Shown: piece by piece, positions 57,826 through 64,000 of the stretch
Position numbering within the stretch: the first letter of the stretch is position 1
Layout: each line of letters opens with the position of its first letter
Assembly: GCA_965263165.1 (NCBI GenBank)
Contig: OZ253584.1
Span: 1,209,736 to 1,273,735 of the forward strand
Length of the DNA stretch: 64,000 nt
DNA from: Dehalococcoidia bacterium
GTDB lineage: Bacteria; Chloroflexota; Dehalococcoidia; Lucifugimonadales; SAR202-VII-2
Direction of reading: 5' to 3'
Made by a program: the position numbers and the translations under genes
The notes under the pieces: generated by a model
What the model was told of the DNA's origin: nothing
The model's database searches: none
Seen by the model: only the letters and a program-made list of their open reading frames with translations

Positions 57826-58906
57826 CGGCCGGCGCCTTGAGCGTTGGGAGGCTGTCCGCGAAGGGGGCGCTTGCTATGCCCTTTTCCGTGATGATGCCGG
57901 CGATGTATCCGGCGGGCGTAACGTCGAAGGAGGGGTTCCAAACTCCGACGCCTTCCGCCGCCACCCGCGTTCCGCCGAGGTTGACGACCTCCTCGGCAGA
58001 GCGCTCCTCAATGGGAATGGATGCTCCCGCGGCGGTCTCGAGGTCAATGGTGCTCGAGGGCGCGGCCACGTAGAAGGGGACGCTGTTTTCCTTGGCCAGC
58101 ACCGCGAGGCTGTACGTGCCTATCTTGTTGGCGACGTCGCCGTTGGCTGCGATCCTGTCGGCGCCGACAATGACGGCATCCACCCGTTTCTTTTGGAGGA
58201 GGTGTCCCGCCGCTGCGTCAACGATGAGCGTGGCCGGTATGCCTTCCCGGACCATCTCCCACGCCGTGAGGCGGGCGCCCTGGAGGAAGGGACGGCTCTC
58301 GGTAAGGTAGACTTGGTCCAACCCTCCCCGCCGCCAGGCGGTTCGCACCACCCCCAGCGCCGTGCCCCACCCCCCGGTGGCCAGCGCGCCGGTGTTGCAG
58401 TGGGTGAGCACCCGGCTGCCGGGGGGCAGCAGCCCCGCCCCGGCCTCACCGATTCGATGGTTGGCCGCCACGTCCTCGGCGAGGATAGCGTGGGCCTCAT
58501 CGAGGGCGCGCTGGAACGCGGCGACGGGGGGTTCCCGCAGAGCAACGCTCAGAACACGGTCCACGGCCCAACGCAGGTTCACCGCCGTGGGCCGGGCGCC
58601 GCGCAGCGCCGCGGCCGCCGCTTCCAATCGGACATGGAAGGAGCCGGCCTCTCCGGCGAATTCTCGGATTGCCAACGCAAGGCCGTAGCCTCCAGCCACA
58701 CCCAGAGCCGGCGCTCCCCGCACCCGCATGCTCTGGACCGCCTCCACGACGTCCCTGTAGTCCTCGAGCAGCAGGTAGGTCTGTTCACGCGGCAGAAGTG
58801 TCTGGTCAAGCAGGCGCAGCCCTGCATCTGTCCATTCAACGGCCTGGATTTGAGCGGCCTGGACTGCGGGGGTGGAACCGTGGGGCGGGCCCTGCGCAAT
58901 GGTCAA
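57818..58906 (-). CDS. mtnA: S-methyl-5-thioribose-1-phosphate isomerase
   Basis: LLDQTLLP...VRGAPALG...CNTGALAT...ADRIAANGD. I prefer TTG 58906 (AGGAAG 6 nt upstream; about 362 aa). The 67 codons up to 59107 use AT-ending codons atypical for this genome. Confidence 0.85.
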   Translation of the reverse strand: MTIAQGPPHGSTPAVQAAQIQAVEWTDAGLRLLDQTLLPREQTYLLLEDYRDVVEAVQSMRVRGAPALGVAGGYGLALAIREFAGEAGSFHVRLEAAAAALRGARPTAVNLRWAVDRVLSVALREPPVAAFQRALDEAHAILAEDVAANHRIGEAGAGLLPPGSRVLTHCNTGALATGGWGTALGVVRTAWRRGGLDQVYLTESRPFLQGARLTAWEMVREGIPATLIVDAAAGHLLQKKRVDAVIVGADRIAANGDVANKIGTYSLAVLAKENSVPFYVAAPSSTIDLETAAGASIPIEERSAEEVVNLGGTRVAAEGVGVWNPSFDVTPAGYIAGIITEKGIASAPFADSLPTLKAPAGG

Positions 58907-59100
58907 GATGGTCTTCCTGTCGCCGCTTAGGAACTCAGGAGGCGTCCTGAGGGCGTGTAAAGGGGTTTGAAGGCGTCGCCGGGCTGGCCTGGAGCGGCCA
59001 ATGAACGGGCGACGGTTTTGAGGAGCTAAGGCACCTTCCCGCGACGATATCGGCATAATGGTATCGGCAGTCCACGCCTGTGTCAACAGAGTCGCCAGCC

Positions 59101-59129
59101 TTGACACGTCCCCCCTCCGCAGCTACGAT
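59101..59129 (+). promoter_or_regulatory. candidate rny promoter (back-to-back with a minus-strand promoter for mtnA)
   Basis: Plus strand: TTGACA, 17 nt, TACGAT. Minus strand: TTGACA (reverse complement of 59081-86), 17 nt, TACCAT. The two -35 boxes form GTGTCAA/TTGACAC inverted repeats. Confidence 0.4.
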
Positions 59130-59222
59130 GATAGCGTAGGATTACGAGGTGTATAGACTCGCGGGCATCGTTTCGCATAGCTCATTCACAGCTTAATCTC
59201 ACATGGAGGAAGGTGAAGTAGT

Positions 59223-60752
59223 ATGTCAGACGCGTTGACGGTAATCGTAGCCGTCCTCGCGGCCTTGGTGGTTGGTGGGGCGGTGGGGGTGTTTGGTCGA
59301 CAGATCCTTTCTGGTCGCAAAGTCGCAGCAGCTCAGACGCACGCAGAGCAGATTGTCGAGGCGGCTGAAGACCAGAAAAAGGCATTGGTTCTGGAGGCGA
59401 AGGAAGAGGCCCTGCGCTTTCGCTCACAGGCGGAAAACGAGATCAGGGAGCGCAGGACAGAGGTCCAGCGCATTGAGCGCCGGCTGCAGGGCCGGGAAGA
59501 GAACCTGGACAACCGCTCCGAAAACCTGGAGCGCAAAGAGCGAGGGCTGGGAGAGAAGGAGCAGCAACTCGAAGATCGCATCAAGGAGGCCGAGGAAGCC
59601 AGGGCCCGCGAGGTCCAGCGCCTGGAAGCCATATCAGGGCTGACCGCCGCTGAGGCTCGGGATGTCCTTCTGACGAGAGCCGAGGGAGAAATCAAGCACG
59701 ATCTGGCGCGCCGGTTCCGGGAGATAGAGCAAGAATTCAAGGATCAGGCGAACCAGAAGGCGCGCCGCGCGATAACCCTGGCCATTCATCGACTAGCTGC
59801 TGACGTCGTCTCCGAATCGTCGACCAAAGTCATCCCCCTCCCCTCAGACGACATGAAAGGTCGCCTGATAGGCCGTGAGGGACGAAACATTCGAGCGTTG
59901 GAACAGGCAACGGGTGTCGATCTCATCATCGATGACACCCCGGAAGCCGTTACCATTTCCTGCTTCGATCCCATTCGACGGGAAATCGCCCGCGTGGCGC
60001 TGAAGAACCTCATCGAGGATGGGCGCATTCACCCTGCTCGTATCGAGGACATGGTGGAGCGGGCCCGCAAAGAGGTTGATGAGGACATCTGGTCCTCCGG
60101 CGAGAAGGCGGTGCTCGATGCCGGAGTGCGGGGCCTCAATCCCGAGCTGATCAAGTTGCTGGGCCGCCTCAAGTTCCGCTACAGCTACGGCGAGAACATG
60201 CTGTACCACGCCGTGGAGGTTGCGCTTATCTGCGGTATGCTGGCGGCGGAGGTTGGCGCCAATATCGAAGTCGCCAAGGCAGGGGGCCTGCTCCACGACA
60301 TCGGTAAGGCGCTCACACACGAAGTGGACGGTCCCCACGCCGAAATCGGACGAGAGGTGGCGGAGCGCTTCGGCATCCCCGACGCCGTGAGGCGCTCCAT
60401 CGAAGAGCACCACGATGAGGAAATGGGGTCGGTAGAGGCCTTCATCGTGGCTGCAGGCGACGCCATCGTCGCTGCCCGTCCCGGCGCCCGCAGGGACACC
60501 GTGGAGATGTACACCAAACGGCTCGAGGCCCTGGAAGAGGTCGCTAACAGCTTCCCGGGCGTCGAGAAGACGTTTGCCATCCAGGCCGGCCGCGAGGTGC
60601 GGATCATGGTCAGCCCTGAGCAGGTTGACGATGCCCAGGCCTCCAAGATGGCATACGACATAGTCAAGAAGATCGAGGAAAAGCTGGTCTATCCCGGACA
60701 GATCAAGGTCATGGTCATACGGGAGACCCGCAATGTCGAGTTCGCTCGATAG
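59223..60752 (+). CDS. rny: ribonuclease Y
   Basis: N-terminal TM helix, coiled-coil, KH domain (GRIIGREGRNIRALE-like) and HD domain (LLHDIGKA). Confidence 0.95.
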   Translation: MSDALTVIVAVLAALVVGGAVGVFGRQILSGRKVAAAQTHAEQIVEAAEDQKKALVLEAKEEALRFRSQAENEIRERRTEVQRIERRLQGREENLDNRSENLERKERGLGEKEQQLEDRIKEAEEARAREVQRLEAISGLTAAEARDVLLTRAEGEIKHDLARRFREIEQEFKDQANQKARRAITLAIHRLAADVVSESSTKVIPLPSDDMKGRLIGREGRNIRALEQATGVDLIIDDTPEAVTISCFDPIRREIARVALKNLIEDGRIHPARIEDMVERARKEVDEDIWSSGEKAVLDAGVRGLNPELIKLLGRLKFRYSYGENMLYHAVEVALICGMLAAEVGANIEVAKAGGLLHDIGKALTHEVDGPHAEIGREVAERFGIPDAVRRSIEEHHDEEMGSVEAFIVAAGDAIVAARPGARRDTVEMYTKRLEALEEVANSFPGVEKTFAIQAGREVRIMVSPEQVDDAQASKMAYDIVKKIEEKLVYPGQIKVMVIRETRNVEFAR

Positions 60753-60763
60753 CGCCTGAAAGC

Positions 60764-60799
60764 AACGGGGGAGGGTTTAGCTGTGAGCCCTCCCCCGTT
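60764..60799 (+). terminator. terminator-like hairpin after rny
   Basis: 12-bp perfect stem AACGGGGGAGGG ... CCCTCCCCCGTT with a 12-nt loop. No clear U-tract. Confidence 0.5.
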
Positions 60800-60897
60800 C
60801 GCGTCCCTTCGGGGCGCTGTCCTTCCGCAGCAAAGCCCATTCTTCTACAATAGAGCACTGAGTTGACTATCTCTGAAACGGGTAACGGACTGACGCT

Positions 60898-61659
60898 GTG
60901 CGCATACTCCTGATCGGCGATGTCATTGGCAAGCCCGGACGGCGCGCCGTCAAGGCGCTGCTGCCCGGCCTGCGCCGCGAGTACGATATGGACCTAGTGG
61001 TGGCCAACGGTGAGAACCTGGCCGGGGGCTTCGGCATTACCTTGGACACAATGGAGGAATTGCTGGAATCGGGCGTGGACGTGGTCACCTCCGGCAACCA
61101 CGTTTGGGACAACAAGGAGATCATTCCTCACATGAACGAGGAGATTCCGCTCATCCGGCCCCTCAACTACCCGCCGGGCGCGCCCGGCCGCGGCGTCATC
61201 GGGGCTAAGGGCGCGCTCATCGTGAACCTGATAGGACGGGTCTTCATGGGCAGCTTTGACGACCCATTTCGCGCCGTCGAGGAAGCGCTGGCCGAGACGC
61301 GGGCCAAGGTCATTATCGTCGATTTCCACGGGGAGGCCACCTCCGAGAAGAACGCCATGGGTTGGTGCTTGGACGGACGCGTCAGCGCCGTGGTGGGCAC
61401 CCACACTCACGTTCCCACGGCGGATGCCCGTATCCTGCCCAACGGCACGGCCATGTGCACGGATGCAGGTATGACGGGGCCCATCAACTCAATCATAGGG
61501 AGCGAGCCCGCCGACGCGCTGGCCCGCTTCGCAACGCAGATGCCCCACCGCCTGCGTCCCGCTCAGGGGCCGGTCCAGTTCAACTCCGTCCTCATCGACG
61601 TCGACGACGCAACGGGGAAGGCCCGCGAGATCTTTCGAATCGACCGAACTATGGAGTAG
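60898..61659 (+). CDS. ymdB: YmdB-family (TIGR00282) metallophosphoesterase
   Basis: MRILLIGDVIGKPGRRAV...VVANGENLAGGFGIT...DFHGEATSEK; GTG start. Confidence 0.9.
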   Translation: MRILLIGDVIGKPGRRAVKALLPGLRREYDMDLVVANGENLAGGFGITLDTMEELLESGVDVVTSGNHVWDNKEIIPHMNEEIPLIRPLNYPPGAPGRGVIGAKGALIVNLIGRVFMGSFDDPFRAVEEALAETRAKVIIVDFHGEATSEKNAMGWCLDGRVSAVVGTHTHVPTADARILPNGTAMCTDAGMTGPINSIIGSEPADALARFATQMPHRLRPAQGPVQFNSVLIDVDDATGKAREIFRIDRTME

Positions 61660-61662
61660 CCG

Positions 61663-62508
61663 ATGGCTGAAGTAGATCTGCATCTCCACACCACGGCGTC
61701 GGATGGACGCCTCTCGCCAACGCAGCTCGTGCAGCTTCTGGCGAAGAGAGGTTTGCGCGTCGCCGCCATCACCGACCACGACACGACAAACGGCCTGGAT
61801 GAAGCGTTCGAGGCGGCGGCGAGCCATCCCAATCTGACGCTGATTCCCGGAATCGAACTGAGCGCCGACGTGCCTGGCAACGAAGTCCACATGCTGGGTT
61901 ACCACATCAACAGGGACGACGAGGATCTTCAGGCTGCGCTGCGGGAGTTCCAGGCCGGAAGGGTGGAGCGCGGCAGGATGATGGTGGAGAGGCTGGCGGA
62001 GCTGGGGTTGCCGGTTTCCTGGGAGCGGGTGCAAGAGCTTGCCCAAGGCACGGTGGGCAGGCCCCACATTGCCCAGGCGATGGTGGAGCGGGGTTACATT
62101 GAGCACACGGGCCAGGCCTTTGAGAAGTACCTGGGCCGCGACGGGCTTGCCTACGCTGAGCGGGTTAAACTTACTCCTGAAGGCGCGGTCAGGCTTATCA
62201 ACCAGGCGGGAGGGGTCGCCGTGATGGCCCACCCCATCTACACGACCGGCTACATTGCCATGCTTCCATCGCTGAAGGCCGTGGGCCTGGCGGGCATGGA
62301 GGTCAACTACAGTACCCTGTCCCCCGAGACCATCGGGGAGCTGGCGGCGGTGGCCCGTCAGCATGGCCTCCTGCCCTGCGGTGGAAGCGACTACCACGCC
62401 TCCGATAAGCCCGGCGAGGCCCTGCCGGGACAGGCGGGTCCGCCGATGGGAGTGGCCGAAAGGCTGGAGGAGCTGGCGAGACAACGCAGGACTCTGACGG
62501 CTACATAG
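61663..62508 (+). CDS. PHP-domain phosphoesterase (TrpH/YciV, RNase AM-like)
   Basis: VDLHLHTTASDGRLSP...AITDHDT...AHP. Starts 3 nt after the ymdB stop. Confidence 0.8.
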   Translation: MAEVDLHLHTTASDGRLSPTQLVQLLAKRGLRVAAITDHDTTNGLDEAFEAAASHPNLTLIPGIELSADVPGNEVHMLGYHINRDDEDLQAALREFQAGRVERGRMMVERLAELGLPVSWERVQELAQGTVGRPHIAQAMVERGYIEHTGQAFEKYLGRDGLAYAERVKLTPEGAVRLINQAGGVAVMAHPIYTTGYIAMLPSLKAVGLAGMEVNYSTLSPETIGELAAVARQHGLLPCGGSDYHASDKPGEALPGQAGPPMGVAERLEELARQRRTLTAT

Positions 62509-62614
62509 CGGCTATCCCAAGCCCTGACTTCCCTCCGAGTCGCCTGTGCAAACGGACCATGGACATCCTGCCAGCCGGTGCAATCTTGGGCCGGCGGCCT
62601 GAACAAGGTCATTC

Positions 62615-63286
62615 ATGATCCAGGACGCCGTTCTGATAGCCGTAGCCCACATTGTGGGCTCCGTTCCCATGGCCTACATTGTGGGAAGAGCCGTCAAGGG
62701 CGTTGACCTGCGCCGCCGCGGAAGCGGTACGCTGGGAGGGAGCAACGTATGGGAGGTGGTGGGGAAGAAATGGGTGGGCCCCGTTGGAGGCTTTGACTAC
62801 CTGGTCAAGGGCGTTGGGATGGTGGCGCTGGCCCGGTTCGGCTTCGACGAGGGGGCGATGGTGCAGGGCCTCGTGGGGTTGGCGGCTGTGGCGGGGCACA
62901 ACTGGTCGCTGTACCTGCGTTTCACGGGAGGCCGCGGCGTAGCGGCGGGCCTTGGCGCCCTAACCTTGCTCTCCTGGCAGCAACTGGCGATCCTGGCAAG
63001 CATAGGGCTCATCGGCAAATTCGTTTTCAGGGCCACCGGCCTGGCGGTAATTGTGGCGGTGCTGTTGCTGCCCATCGCCAGCACGGTGATGTATCTGGTC
63101 TACACCACACCCCTGGGCGTCGTGGCCTTTTGTTGGGGCTTTGCAGTGTTGACAGTGTTGAAAAGGGCCATGGCCAACAGCCTTGCCCGGCCCCCCCACC
63201 TCAGTTGGCCAAGAGTTCTCTACAACCGCATCCTGTTCGACAGGGATGTCTCGGACCGGGACGAGTGGGTGAGCCGATCGCTCTGA
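62615..63286 (+). CDS. plsY: glycerol-3-phosphate acyltransferase PlsY
   Basis: GSVPMAYIVGR...RRRGSGTLGGSNV...GHNWSLYLRFTGGRGVAAGLG. Confidence 0.9.
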   Translation: MIQDAVLIAVAHIVGSVPMAYIVGRAVKGVDLRRRGSGTLGGSNVWEVVGKKWVGPVGGFDYLVKGVGMVALARFGFDEGAMVQGLVGLAAVAGHNWSLYLRFTGGRGVAAGLGALTLLSWQQLAILASIGLIGKFVFRATGLAVIVAVLLLPIASTVMYLVYTTPLGVVAFCWGFAVLTVLKRAMANSLARPPHLSWPRVLYNRILFDRDVSDRDEWVSRSL

Positions 63287-63301
63287 TGAGGTCTTTCTGA
63301 C

Positions 63302-63790
63302 ATGGTTCAGACCTGCTTCCGCCACTCCCGCCGGGAGACCAACCTCAGATGCGGCCGCTGTGGGCGGCCCATCTGTAGCGATTGCATGACCCACACAGAC
63401 GTGGGGATACGTTGTCCGGTGTGCGTCAAGGAGTCGCGGCCCGCGGGCCTGGATGTCTCTCCGGCCCACTTCCTGCTGGCGTCCATGGCGGCGTTGGGCG
63501 TGGGCGCGGCGGGTGGGGCGGTCAATGGGTTCCTGCTCCGCTACGTTGGCTGGATACCCTTTCTGTCCATTGCGGTCTTCCTTCTGGTGGGGTTCCTGGT
63601 TGGCGAGAGCATAGCCCGGCTCATAGGCGTGCGGCACAGCACCGGTCTACAGGTGGTGGCCGGGCTTGGCGTAGTCGTCGCCTACGTCGTGACGAATATC
63701 ATCAAATCGCAGGCGCTCATCAGCATCGATCCCTTCACCATCGTCATCGCCGTGATTGCCGTGGCGGTGGCCGCCAGCAGGGTTCGATAG
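63302..63790 (+). CDS. membrane protein with N-terminal B-box-type zinc ribbon
   Basis: CFRHSRRETNLRCGRCGRPICSDC...IRCPVC followed by about 4 predicted TM helices. Confidence 0.6.
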   Translation: MVQTCFRHSRRETNLRCGRCGRPICSDCMTHTDVGIRCPVCVKESRPAGLDVSPAHFLLASMAALGVGAAGGAVNGFLLRYVGWIPFLSIAVFLLVGFLVGESIARLIGVRHSTGLQVVAGLGVVVAYVVTNIIKSQALISIDPFTIVIAVIAVAVAASRVR

Positions 63791-63833
63791 TGAGCGGCTG
63801 CGCTATTCGTAGCTAGGGCCCGGTGCTATAATC

Positions 63834-64000
63834 GTGACACCGTTGAGTCGGGAGGCGGCAGGCCGCAGCGGCCCAGGGCGCGTCTCTTTGGTAGAGGGCG
63901 CGGCTCTGTTGGGAATACCGCTCGGCGAGCGCCAGTTGGCGATGTTCGAGCGGTATTCTGTGGAGCTGAGGGCTTGGAACGAGCGCGTCAACCTCACCGC
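63834..64000 (+). CDS. rsmG: 16S rRNA (guanine527-N7)-methyltransferase RsmG, 5' fragment (runs off the window)
   Basis: My own translation reads ...LLGIPLGERQLAMFERYSVELRAWNERVNLT, the typical RsmG N-terminus. The start codon is uncertain; GTG 63834 sits only 2 nt after a TGcTATAAT box. Confidence 0.55.
   Translation, partial: MTPLSREAAGRSGPGRVSLVEGAALLGIPLGERQLAMFERYSVELRAWNERVNLT

Noticed and set aside
58907-59107. N-terminal 67-codon extension of mtnA, and a SAM/SAH riboswitch in the same stretch
   Set aside because: The extension uses AT-ending codons (TTA, ATA, TCA) atypical for this genome and contains the promoter-like elements. No SAM-I, SAM-II or SAH consensus blocks were found.

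Overview
64 kb of GC-rich bacterial chromosome. The gene style (RNase Y + YmdB, a B12 mutase lacking a fused B12-binding domain, Pro/Thr-rich lipoprotein linkers, many GTG/TTG starts and 4-nt gene overlaps) suggests a Chloroflexota-like lineage; this is a low-confidence inference. I support about 55 protein genes, one cobalamin riboswitch, three IS elements or relics, and several repeats. I recognised no rRNA, tRNA or CRISPR array.

Core content, left to right:
- M20 amidohydrolase.
- A PfkB kinase / methyltransferase / aldo-keto reductase / duplicated-epimerase cluster.
- Two bicupin paralogs.
- rdgB-moaA-rnhA-moaC.
- Acyl-CoA mutase large subunit.
- LacD-like aldolase + pfkA.
- pheS and pheT, separated by a CADD/PqqC-like gene.
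- A riboswitch-controlled BtuFCD-type importer.
- A split biotin-dependent acyl-CoA carboxylase operon.
- glnA-gltB.
- A six-gene SAM-cycle / methionine-salvage string (mtnA-mtnP-rhodanese-kinase-ahcY-metK).
- rny-ymdB-PHP, plsY, and the start of rsmG.

The accessory part is 32.6-39.2 kb. It holds:
- An IS5-family element.
- A 5'-truncated IS1182-like relic.
- A 1,894-bp IS1595-family element with perfect 8-bp target duplications. It carries its own consensus promoter and three small passenger ORFs and sits inside the relic.
- A lipoprotein gluzincin-peptidase gene broken in its catalytic motif at a G10 tract.
- An 861-bp gene-free gap, the least explained stretch of the window.

The gap contains two ~100-nt direct repeats, an orphan near-consensus promoter followed by mutually exclusive hairpins, ten CGACGG-core repeats spaced one helical turn apart, and a perfect 15-nt direct repeat. 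I could not assign the gap to any known RNA or DNA element class. All homology calls are by-eye motif recognition; no searches were run.
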